A DNA stretch of 41,688 bases from Octopus bimaculoides (Eukaryota), in contig NC_068985.1 of NCBI RefSeq assembly GCF_001194135.2, positions 53,190,192 through 53,231,879 on the forward strand. The letters run 5' to 3'. The notes under the pieces are model-generated. The model was not told the DNA's origin, ran no database searches, and saw only the letters and a program-made list of their open reading frames with translations. Made by a program: the position numbers and the translations under genes. Shown in pieces: positions 12,256-23,390 of the stretch. The number at the start of each line of letters is the position of its first letter. Within the stretch, counting starts at the first letter, position 1.

Positions 12256-12620
12256 GTCTGGATGCACTCTTACTATGCCCCACTCTGCACAGCAACTCTC
12301 ACCCTACCTAGGTGACCAGACATTTCAGTTAATCTCTCAAACACTTCCTGTTGAACTCCTTTGTCTCTCTCTTGCCCTAGCTGAGCTAACTTTTCAAATA
12401 CTTTAGCATTAAATATATTACTTTAAATCCCAGATATTTCCTTACAATTGCCTTTGATGCCTTTATTGGCTCACTTGCATAAAACAATACCAAATCATAA
12501 TCTACAAACACAGAAACTATAGAACACATAACACTCATAAAATCAAAAACAAATGCTATAAATCAATCTTGTGACAATACTTTAATTTCTGTTAGTAAAT
12601 CAAACAGTTTTAACACTTAC

Positions 12621-12683
12621 GGTGAAGACTAAACTCAATTCCAGATAAGTGGGAAAAACTAACAAAGTTAGCACTTGGTATCA
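12621..12683 (-). CDS. NUP210: gp210 exon m (63 nt): LIPSANFVSFSHLSGIEFSLH
   Basis: Strong acceptor tttttgttttccag and donor gtaagt, phase 1 to 1. Required to avoid a T|GA stop between exons l and n. Sequence similarity to human is weak. Confidence 0.8.
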
Positions 12684-12799
12684 CTGGAAAACAAAAAGAA
12701 AAAAAAACATTATTTGTTAAATATCAGAAAAAGAAAAAAAGAGTAAACAATCAAATCACTATCAAAATAATAATATCCTTTTGAATATCAATTCAAAGT

Positions 12800-13060
12800 T
12801 CAAATCCCACCAGTGCTTTAAGTTCTGAGTTCAAATTCCACCATGGCCTACAAGGATGGTACATTCAATCCACTGCCTGGTTAAACACCACCACCCAACA
12901 CCTTGGTTACCTTTATCAGAATCCACTTTGCTCCAAGCACTCAAGTCAGGTTTCCAGTTTGAGGACACTCCTCTCCCTCCTTCCCTCCCACCAGTCCCTA
13001 AAACCCTACAAGAAATCATGGATATTGCCTTCCTCTGGACTAAAAGATAAAAAAAAATAT
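12800..13060 (+). repeat. Unclassified interspersed repeat family F (second copy about 27770-28055)
   Basis: The two segments align over about 250 bp (ttcaaat.ccaccatggcctac...tcaggtttccagtttgaggacac...gccttcctctggactaaaagata). Each follows a degenerate gagttcaaat B-box-like head. Confidence 0.65.
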
Positions 13061-13205
13061 TAAAAATGCTGTAAAGACTAAGAAAACTCTGAGTTTGAAA
13101 TGAAGTAAGTACCGCATCTCAAATTTCATTTCATGTAGGCTTTGGTATAACAAAATCTTTCAAGATATATATTCTGGTCATGAGCGGGTAAAAATTAAAA
13201 CTTAC

Positions 13206-13311
13206 AGTCTTCAAAATATTCCGTTGGATCCAGCTGCCATGGTTGGGGACCACCAGAAAACAAGATGTCTTTTGAAGAACCAAGAGTAACAATGCTTAGA
13301 GGACTTTCAGC
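13206..13311 (-). CDS. NUP210: gp210 exon l (106 nt): [35 protein letters not shown]
   Basis: Acceptor after a long poly-T tract (aattttag), donor gtaagt, phase 0 to 1. Strong match to human [26 protein letters not shown]. Confidence 0.95.
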
Positions 13312-14608
13312 CTAAAATTTAAAAAAAAAAAAAAAAAAGAGAAAAAGTTAATAATACTTACATAGGAAAGAAGCAATAGATGAGCTGGTTTTAATTGGGA
13401 TTGTTCAGCAGTTCTGAAAATGAGTTTAGTTAGGTCAGTGCTTGGGTTGGAGAAGCCAACATGAAACAGCCACTTCCAATTTATCTTTCCTTTTTGTTAG
13501 TTGTTGTATGTCAATACATCTTCACCAACAACACAATACATAATGGTCAAAACTAAATTAAGACTTAAATTTGGCTATGTAGAAAACACAGTAGTGTCTA
13601 CAACAAATTTACGTTTTTATGGAATAGTATCCTTGAATCTAAGTTAAAGAACTAATTAATCAATTTTGCCTTATGACTATTCATCACTTCTATTTTCTCT
13701 TACCAACTACCATTACCCTCCTGTAAAACTAGCTGCCATTCCCTCTCTCTCAAATCACTTATCATTCTCTAGTCATACCAGTATTCACTTCTCTTTCTCT
13801 CTCTTTTACTTGTAAACATATAGTTACCATTATTGTCTCTCTTCTACTACTCCTAACACTGTCTCTCCCATTTCTTCCTGTTATCAGCCCCACAGAGATG
13901 AAAAGTACAGCTCAACTCAGAGAGCATTTGAACTCAGTACAGAGAAGGACGTGATTATATACTGTATTTTCCAGCATATAAGTCAATGTAGAATGTTGTA
14001 TAAATATTCAAACATCATTGTTATTCTTCCAAATCCTGCTGCATTCCACATGGCATTTTTGGTCTTCCAAAGTCATTTTGGTGTATAAATCAACCTGCCT
14101 TTGTTGGTTCTAAATCTTGACCTGAAAAATTCAACTTGAATGCCAAAAAATACAGTATGGCTTGTAACCTGATATTTGATTCTTACAACCATTTCTACTG
14201 TTACATCTTCAAAATTAATATAATTATTTTTGAGAGAACAAAAGACATGAGCACCTACTTTCATTGTTTTAAAATTGCTATAATTTTTGTTGTATTATGT
14301 ATAGACTTGATTTTTTTTTTGTATATTAACAAAGGATTGGATAAATAATATTTCTATGTAATGTACTGAGGAATAGACAAAAGAGTTGCCTCTAAGAAAT
14401 ATAGCTCCTTGGGGCCAGTACTTTCCTTAAATCAGCCAGCTATGGATGAAAGTATCCACTCAGCACATTGTTCTCAATATAACTGTAAGCACAATCTACA
14501 TCCTTATCATCAGCAACACCACATAAAAGCACTTGTGCAGTGCCACATAAAAGTGCCCGTGTGGTGCTACATAAAAATTACCCAACACACTCTGTAAAGT
14601 GGTTGGCA

Positions 14609-14880
14609 CTCCAGTGAACCCTGAGGGGTTAAGGGACTTGTCAATTGTAATTTATGGGGTGGGGGCATAAATCAACACCAGTCATCAAGTTGCATTGGGG
14701 GACAAACACAAAGACACACACATTCGAACATTGTGTGTGCACAATGGGCCTCTACAGAATTTCCATCTACCTAATTCACTTACAAGGCATTGACCAACCT
14801 TGATGACTGGTGTTGATTTATGCCCCCACCCACATAAATTACAATTGACAAGTCCCTTAACCCCTCGGGGTTCACTGGAG
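14609..14880. repeat. 81-bp near-perfect inverted repeat with 110-bp spacer
   Basis: The arm 14609-14689 equals the reverse complement of 14800-14880 except one substitution and one 1-nt indel. Confidence 0.95.
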
Positions 14881-14889
14881 AGCTGCGGC

Positions 14890-15090
14890 CATGCAGCGTA
14901 TCTAGGGTAAGAACGCCTGGCAGAGCCCATCCTTCTCCAGGCTAAACTCATTTCTACAGCTAAGTGAACTATATAGCAACATGAAATGAAGTGTTTTATT
15001 CAAGAACACAACGCATCACCAAGTTCAGGAATCAAAACCACAATCACATGATTGTGAGTCCAACGACCTAACCACTAAGCCATGCACTTC
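14890..15090 (-). mobile_element. tRNA-derived SINE, family E (second degenerate copy about 8310-8450)
   Basis: Minus strand gcatggcttagtggttag...gttttgattcctgaac...gtgttcttgaataaaacacttcatttcatgttgct...agctgtagaaatgagt, with A/B-box-like motifs and a CORE-like middle. Confidence 0.6.
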
Positions 15091-15192
15091 TATAACTTAG
15101 CAGTTCAGCAAAAGAGTTCGACAGAATAAATACTGCTAAACCCTTCAAGGTGGTACCCAATGACTGAAACAATGAAAGATGAACACACTCAC

Positions 15193-15347
15193 CACAAGAG
15201 GTTTGTATGCTGCCACAGTAACAGAAGCTTGTAGAATTTTATGTGAACCTTGGTAAGTAACTGTTATTCGACAGCTGCCTGGTTGCTTGGCCAGGAGCTG
15301 AATGGAGGTGCAGCTAATTTTCTCGGTGTCCACAGAACCAGCATGGT
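15193..15347 (-). CDS. NUP210: gp210 exon k (155 nt): DHAGSVDTEKISCTSIQLLAKQPGSCRITVTYQGSHKILQASVTVAAYKPLV
   Basis: Acceptor catttttcag, donor gtgagt, phase 1 to 0. Matches human [20 protein letters not shown]...KITIAAYLPLK. Confidence 0.93.
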
Positions 15348-17184
15348 CTGAAAAATGGCAAACACAACATGTTACAAGAATTATATAACAAATATCACAT
15401 AGCTTAAGCGTTAGGTGTTAGAATTTACAGGCAGAATTCAGACTGTTTTAACAGCAGCAGTAAGAGGAAGGTTGGGAGAAAGACAACACAAGGGAAGGTA
15501 CAAACCAATAGACCTGTGGCCCATAGAGTAACACAAATGAAATGGCCAGCTGGTTGCTACGCAGTTTAAACTTGAGTGAGGAGAAACTGCAAGTAGATCA
15601 CGAAAAAAGAGAGACATCTTCTATGAAATGGAAAATATATAAAAACAGATTGGCTTTATAAAGAACTAAACTGGAATGGTGAAACAAACAAAAAATAAAC
15701 TGTTGTGAGGTTAAGGTAAATAACCAACCATGAAGCCAGAAGCCAAGCTTGAACTGCCAGAGCAAAAGTGGGAAACGACGCCACCAGAAAATCATTAAAA
15801 CACAGAATCTTGTTGGTGCTAACACTATAACAGAGATTCTGAACAAGTTAAATCTACAGTCGGTATTTCACCAAGCAAAGAAGCCAATCTGTTTTCCAGC
15901 CAGTATCCACACTATACTCTCTTTATCAGAAAAGGCAAATTAGTAAGATTTTTAGATTTTATATCATGATAGAAACCACCAGAATAAATAACTTGTTAGT
16001 ATAGTGTAGGCAGGAGTGAGGGAGGGGTAAAGTGAAATTTAAAGCACTGCAGGTGAAGAATGACAAGTCAGAATGTATAAGTTAGTCTAAGAGGGAAGTG
16101 TATATAGTGTGATAACAGAGCGAAAAGAGAACAAAAATCCACTAATGAAAGCAAAGAGAGAACAAGGTCTCAGCTTTAGCTTCTATGATTAAAAAAAAAC
16201 GTTTTAAAGCAATGTCAAAATTTCATGTTAATTTATGTTCCAAACACAAGCTTAACTATGCAAATTTATTTTACTAAATTTTTCATTATTTTAAAAATTA
16301 ATAGAAACAAAAGCAGTGTAAGCCAACAGAAATATGGTAAGGAAAGAGGAAGTGTGTTGTCCATAACCAAAATTAGTGAAGCTAGACATGGAAGGCTGCA
16401 GTTTGAAAAGTAGTGAGATTAGTAATTCACAAACACAGAAGTACCAAATGAATTAGAATAGAATGGAAGAGAAGGGCTGATAGAATAGAAAGAATGAAGA
16501 ACAGCAGAATAGTAATAATAATACAGTAGACTTGAGAAGGATGAAAGAGAGATGTGTGAGGGAGAAGTTACAAGAGTATGAGAGAAGACAGACGGTCAGT
16601 GTGTGAGAAGGTTGAGAGATGTATGGTGGTAGTAGTGGCGGCGGGGGAGTCAATAATTCTGTCAGCTATTAAATAAAAATCCTTTCAGCTATAGACACGA
16701 GACCTGAAATTTTGGAGTCAGGTAGGGAAGGAGCTAATCAGTTACATCGATCCTAGTATTCAACTGGTATTTTATTCTATCAACCTTGGAAGGATGAAAG
16801 GTAAAGTCAATCTCGGCAGAATTTAAACTCAAAATGTAAAGATGAATGAAATGTTGCTTAACCCATTACCTCCCATAATTCTATTAACTGGAATTTTTTT
16901 TATGAAACTTTGATTTCTAGCATAAAACAGCCTTAGAAACACGCTGGAATGATCAAAATAACATTTCAAATAGAAATAAGCAAGATATTGGGTGAAAAAT
17001 TAGCAAACCTGATTTGAATATCAGAGAAATATACCTAGTAGATATAGCAGAAAGGTTAGATATGTGTAAATATTGATAGATAATTACAATATTTGTAATT
17101 TTTAAGTGATCTCATATGAGATCACTGGTAGGTAATGGGTTAAGCATTTTGTCCAGCATGCTAGCAATTCTGCCAACTGGCCAG

Positions 17185-18663
17185 CACTAACAGCAAAAAA
17201 GTGGAAGAATTTTGTAAAGAAGTATGGGTGGTGAAGGAACTAACCCAGAAATATAAAAAAATCAATTAGAACAACAAAACCAGACAATGGAAAAGAGGCA
17301 TTGCAAAAAACTAAGCAACTGGTAGGTGCCAGGGCATGATCCCCAATTTCTGGTTAAAATATTTAACAGAGATACATAAGGGCTGGTAGAGAAGTTAAAT
17401 GAAATGCTAACATAGCTAGAGACAACATCTGAATGGCTCAGAGAAGGGAAAAATCATCATAATTCCTAAATCCACTGAAACAACAAATCTGAAACTACAA
17501 ACCCGTAATGTCTCCCTACAACTTACAAAGCCTTAACAATAATAATATCGCAGAGAATAGGCAGACATCTAGAAGAAAACAACCGGTTTCCAGAAAAGCA
17601 GAATGAAAGCTGCAAAAGCTCATATGACTGTAAAGATCAATTACCAATCAACAAAGCCATAACTGAAGATTGCCAAAAGAAAAAGAAGGGTCTAAACATG
17701 GACTGGATCAATTACCGAAAGGCTTTTGACAGTATTCCCCAAACAAAAGCTGTAAAGCAAATGAAATCTAGGCTAAAACTGGGATGACAAAATCCATGTT
17801 AATAAACGATAGCAAGAAAAGCCCTTACATGACAAATACTGGGATAAGCTAAAGAGAAAGGAAATAGATAGTAAAATCCCAACAATGGTTGAAGCTTAGG
17901 ACTTAGGACTCAAAGCAGAGACTGAAGGATTTTTGATTGCAGCCCAAGATCAAAGCCTCCCTATCAGAAGTACATAATGAAGAAAAATACAATAACTGCA
18001 GAATATGTGGTGATGGGGAAGAAACAATAAATCTTATTGCCTTTGGCTGCCCAGTCCTGGCGAAGAATGAATATATTTACAGATATGATAGAGTTGGGAC
18101 CTATATACACTGGAAGCCATGCCAACACTATGGAATGATAACAGAAGAAAAATGGTAGAGGTATATCCCAGAAAAGGTCTCAGAAAATGACAAAGCAACC
18201 ATACTCTGAAATACATACAGATAGAGAGATCAAAGCTAATAGATTGGTTATAGTTGTCAGATATTATCAAGAAAAAATGCCTTCTAATCGACACATAAAT
18301 CGCAACAGATGACAATGTATCTCTAAACGAAATGGAGAAAATCTCAAAATACAAAGATCAGGAAATAGAGATAACCCGAACGTGGAGCCTAAAAACAGAA
18401 ACAATCCCTATAATAGGTGCAACAGATATGATAGAAAAAATATATAAAGACAAATACATAACCAACACACCAGGACTTACAAATATATATATAACATACA
18501 GAAAACAGCATTGATAGGCACTTGCAACATCCTACATAAAGCACTTTCAATACAGTAAAAACAGCACCAAAACAAACAACAGCACATACCCAGGGCACAC
18601 AGGGCTGTGCTTAGAAGCTCAGTGAAAGCATGTGATAAAAATAAGACTACTAAATAATAATAA
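17185..18663 (+). mobile_element. Decayed, internally deleted R4/Dong-like (RLE-class) non-LTR retrotransposon
   Basis: RT N-terminal motifs (KDQLPINKAITEDCQKKKKGLNMDWINYRKAFDSIP), then LKAETEGFLIAAQDQSL, a zinc knuckle CRICGDGEETINLIAFGCPVLAK, and the RLE end EKISKYKDQEIEITRTWSLKTETIPII. Ends in an (AAT)n tail. Multiple stops and frameshifts. Confidence 0.88.
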
Positions 18664-19519
18664 TGGTAGTATTAAATGTCCACTTTTCCATGCAAGCAGG
18701 GAAAATTGGATGCTAAACGATGATGATGCAAAGGTCTGTGATATCAGAATAGCCATTACAGACTAGCTTTCCTAAACAAGAGAACAATCAGAAAATATGG
18801 TTGCTGTTGTTACTGCTGCTATAGATTGTGATATAACAATAACGATTCTGTTGATAAGCAAGTTTCAGTCAATTACTAGAACCATGGAAAATAACTCAAT
18901 GCATAGATTTCTGCAGACACAAAAGATGTCATATGCAAACCTTTGTTTGTGTGTATGAATATACAACTGAATATACATGCATATATACATCCTATACATG
19001 TCATATATTTGTCTCTCTACTTCCCCACCGTAATCCTCGTCTCCTAGCACAAAGTACCCTTCTCCCTCAAGGTTTTTAGTCTTGCAACTTGCATGGCGAA
19101 TGCACCAGTGATGGTGGCACAAAAATAAGCACCCAGTACACTTGGTAAAGAGGTTGGCATTAGGAAGGGCATCCAGATGTAGAAATCATACCAAAGGAGA
19201 CACTAGAGTGCAATGCAATCCTTGGACCCATCAGATCCTGTCTAACCATCCAACCAATGTCAGAATGGAATATAGAGACGTGATGGTGATGATGATGACG
19301 ATTATGATGATTTGTGAATAAGGAGTGAGGTTTTGCATTTTGTAAAGAAGCAGCACAGCAAAGAAAAACAGACAGTGCAGAACAAAAATTGAAGTCACTT
19401 ATAAGACAAAGAAAATAAGGGAACATATCAAAACATGAAGAACCACTGTGAAACATTTACATGCTGTTTTAAACTGCAGAAGATATGGGAATACAAAAAT
19501 GAAAAAAAAAAAATTTCAC

Positions 19520-19603
19520 CTGGGATTAAATCAAATGAAGTTTTGTCTGAGAATTTCACAGACAATTTTAGATGTCGGCAATCTTCAAAGGCTTTCTCGG
19601 CAC
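19520..19603 (-). CDS. NUP210: gp210 exon j (84 nt): GAEKAFEDCRHLKLSVKFSDKTSFDLIP
   Basis: Acceptor aattcttag, donor gtgaaa, phase 1 to 1. FEDCRHLKL matches human LSDCSHFDL. Confidence 0.87.
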
Positions 19604-20116
19604 CTAAGAATTAAATAGATAAAAATAATTTAGATATTAAAATTATTATAATTTAGGAAACAATATCAGTGTAATGGTATACGTTTAGGCAATGTCACTA
19701 ACAAAATCTTGAGAGTTTACTCTGGCACCCATCACTAACATCTTTATCAGTGTCCTGAGGTTAAGCCACCTTCCCCAATACTATCCCTACCCTCAGTTGA
19801 GAGGTCTTGTCGTGCAAGTTACTAGGTGACCTTGCTAGTGCCAGTATCACATAAAAAGCACCCAGTACACTCTGTAAAGCAGTTGGCATTAGAGAGAGCA
19901 TTTAGTTGTAGGAACAATGTTGAAGCAGACACAGGAGCTTTGCACAATCCCCTGGCTTGAGGCTCCTGCCAAACCATCCAACCCAGCATGGAAAACAAAC
20001 ACTAAATGATGATTACAATGCTGAATACAGTCTAAAATAGCAACCTAGCAAATATTCTGACAGAAAATTTAAAATATACAAGAATTTCTTAGAATCAATC
20101 AATAATCAATAATAAC

Positions 20117-20222
20117 CTTCAAAATCAGCAAACATTGCAACAGGGAGAAGTAACTTGGTGTTGATTTCAGCTTCCACTTTTGAAGGAAGCAGCTTAATTT
20201 TTGTTGGAGGAAGGACAGCAAC
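20117..20222 (-). CDS. NUP210: gp210 exon i (106 nt): VAVLPPTKIKLLPSKVEAEINTKLLLPVAMFADFE
   Basis: Acceptor ctttgtag, weak donor gttatt, phase 0 to 1. Matches human [28 protein letters not shown]. Confidence 0.85.
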
Positions 20223-21240
20223 CTACAAAGACAAAAGATATTTTTAAAATTTACATTAGAAGAATATTAAATTTTTTGTTTTTTTTTTAAAAGGCACAGG
20301 GATGGCTGTATGGCAAGAAGCTTACTTCCCAACAAACATGATTCTGGGTTCAGTCCCACTGTGTAGAACCTAGGGCAAGTGTTTTCCACTATAGCCTTGG
20401 CTTAAAACTGAAAGAAGTCCATCATATGTATGTATATAAGTGCATATACATACGTGCGTGTGTGAGTGGCTACACTCTCTGAGTGGTTGGCATTAGGAAG
20501 GGCATCCAGCTGTAGAAACTCTGCCAAATCAGACTGGAGCCTGGTGTTGCCATCCGGTTTCACCAGTCCTCAGTCAAATCGTCCAACCCATGCTAGCATG
20601 GAAAGCGGACGTTAAACGATGATGATGATGATGATGATACATATCATCGTCATCATTTAATGTCCATTTTCAATTCTGGCATGGGTTGGACAGTTTGACA
20701 AGGGCTGGCTAGGTAGAAGCCTGAACCAGGTTTCATTATCTGTTTTGGCAGGATCTTTACAGTTAGATGTCCTTTCTAACACCAACCACCTTACAGGGTG
20801 GACTGAGTGCTTTTCACATAGCACTAGCGAGACCAGTTTTGGCATATCTACAACTGGATGCCCTTCCAAATACCAACCACTTTACAGTGTAGACTGGATA
20901 TATCAGCACTGGCAGGGTCACCAGGTAACTTGCAAAACAAAGATCCTCTGAGAGGAGGGAGGGGGGCATTGGAGGAGGTGGTCTGTGCCAGATGATGAGA
21001 GGTTAGAGTGTGACAGAATGATAGGTGTGTTGCTGTAGAGGAGATACATGGTTACCCAGTCAGAGGGAGAGAGAGAGAGAAAAAGACTGATCAAGAATGA
21101 GAGAGTGGAAGAGAGCAAGAGGGTGAGAGTGCAAGAGAGGGTGGAAGAGAGATGGTGGTGAAATGCCAGGGAATACCCTCAAGGTATAGGGATCTTTGTG
21201 GTTGCATTGTAACAAGTGAAGCTGGTTGATATAAGGTATA

Positions 21241-21471
21241 AGGCGGCGAGCTGGCAGAATCGTTAGCACACCGGGCAAAATTCTTAGCGGTATTTCATCT
21301 GCCGTTACGTTCTGAGTTCAAATGCCACCGAGGTCGACTTTGCCTTTCATCCTTTCGGGGTCGATAAATTAAGTACCAGTTACGCACTGGGGTCGATGTA
21401 ATCGACTTAATCCGTTCGTCTGTTCTTGTTTGTTCCGTCTATGTTTAGCCCCTTGTGGGCAATAACGAAAT
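21241..21471 (+). mobile_element. Full-length family A SINE
   Basis: ggcggcgagctggcagaatcgttagc...ccccttgtgggcaataacgaaat with a probable 7-bp TSD aggtata (21234-21240, 21472-21478). Confidence 0.9.
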
Positions 21472-22018
21472 AGGTATAGGGATCAGAATATAAAAGGGAT
21501 GATCGAATGAGAGAGAGAGAGAGAGAGATGGTGGTGAAGTGCCAGAGATGCCCTCAAGGTATGGGGATTAAAATATAAATGGGATGGTGGAGTATAGCCA
21601 AGTGTGCATAAGTAGGGAGTAGGGACTTCACATGAATACAAAGAGTGTGGGGGCGGAGAATGCAGTGACTCATGAAATGTGAGTATATAGAGGAAGGGGA
21701 CAACAGGATAGCAATGACACAGTGAGCAGGGCAGTGAGGACAGGTTTAGGGAGCAAGAGATAAGCATAAACATAGTGCGTGAGAAAAAGGAAATGTGAAG
21801 AGAAAAGGAGATGTAGCTTGGTTTGTTGGGGGTAGAATGTGTGAAATTTTTTCATCTTTTATTACTACACGTGGGTGGAAAATACATTGCTCCCAGAACT
21901 CTCTTATGCATGCCACATTTAATTCCTCTTATGCCAACTTTCTCACAAACACTTTAACATACACACTTTGCATGCTGGGATTCTAAAGAAAAATAATCAG
22001 TTTGTTTCGAAACCCCAC

Positions 22019-22171
22019 CTTAGCCATTCCAGTGTGCCTATGGTTCTTGACATCAGCAGCCACTACTGTACTAATTCCAAGGCTGACAGGACTTGTGTAA
22101 CCTTTGTTGTTTACAGTGGCAACACTTAGGTTCAAGGAATTCCAGGAATATTCACCACTACCACCAGTAGC
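22019..22171 (-). CDS. NUP210: gp210 exon h (153 nt): ATGGSGEYSWNSLNLSVATVNNKGYTSPVSLGISTVVAADVKNHRHTGMAK
   Basis: Acceptor gtttgcag, donor gtgggg, phase 0 to 0. Matches human [24 protein letters not shown]. Confidence 0.93.
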
Positions 22172-23095
22172 CTGCAAACAACATAAAGGCATTTGAAAAT
22201 ATTTGAATATATTCACAAGAGATAAAAGTAAACGTAAAATCATTAAAAACAACCTGAAACAGAAGGAATTATTTAAAAGAATTTCTAATTTTCTTTCTTT
22301 TAATTACCATACATACATTTTTAATAACTTTATTGTAATAATATTAAGTGAAGAGTAGTGGTCATAAATTGTCTAGCTGCTTCAATTTGGAACACAGAAA
22401 CATTGTTAGGTAAGGTTGTTTGTAAGGCTACTGTTTAGTTCCAACTTTTGGGTCAGTAGTTGCATATGGGAGAGGTTGGCCGGGGAGGAAATTTCAGAAG
22501 AATATAGTTCTGAGAGATATAACAGTATTGGCAACAGTATTTTAGTATTGAAAATGTATGTAAGGGAGGTGGATTAGTAGAATCAGTAGAGTGTTTGACA
22601 AAATGTCATATGGTTCTTGCCTCAGGTCTATATGTTATGAGTTCAAATCCTGCCATGGTCAACTTTGCCTTTCATCATTTCAGGGTCAATAAAATAAAGT
22701 CAAGCACTGACCTCAAAGGTATGAACTACCCTACTTTCCTCAAAAATTAAATGTCTTGTACCTAAATTGAAAACCATTATTATCATTATTGAGTGAGAGA
22801 GCAGTTCATGCCATCAAATTGACACTGGGGTACAAATATATGAAGCCCAATATACCCATCATGACTAACCGTCTGATAAAGGCACATGCATCACAACCAT
22901 ATGTACATGACATGGTGATCTCATATCAAGATAAACTGCGCATGATCTTGCAGGTGGAGCCCAGTTTGAATTTTCTTCAGGTTGAGTAGCCCATCTCACT
23001 CAAAATGTTCCTGAATAAGGTCTGTTTAAGGATGATGAACCCATGTTTCCAAAAGTGAATTATAAAACCTCAAGGAATACCTCTCAACACATAGC

Positions 23096-23390
23096 TATGA
23101 TGCTCCCCCACTACTTCTGCTCGTGATTAAAGATGCACATATCATCAGCCACTAAGGGACATGCTCAAATGGTTATGGTCAAGCATTATGATGCTCCCCC
23201 ACTACTTCTGCTCATGTTTCCANNNNNNNNNNNNNNNNNNNNNNNNNNNNNNNNNNNNNNNNNNNNNNNNNNNNNNNNNNNNNNNNNNNNNNNNNNNNNN
23301 NNNNNNNNNNNNNNNNNNNNNNNGCTTCTGTTCATGATCAAAGATGCACATATATCATCAGCCACTAAGGTCATGCTCAAATGGTTAAGG
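23096..23390. repeat. About 91-bp tandem unit spanning a 101-N gap (23223-23323) within an unclassified repeat (about 22780-23490)
   Basis: tatgatgctcccccactacttctgctc at 23096 and 23187. A third partial unit (aaagatgcacat...cagccactaagg) follows the gap. Confidence 0.75.

Noticed and set aside
14515-14600. CRISPR-like short repeats (gtgccacataaaagcac)
   Set aside because: Eukaryotic intron. These are about 20-bp internal tandem units of family C, with no unique spacers and no cas genes.
21241-21330. tRNA genes suggested by A and B boxes
   Set aside because: All are SINE heads continuing into repeat bodies, with no complete cloverleaf or acceptor stem.
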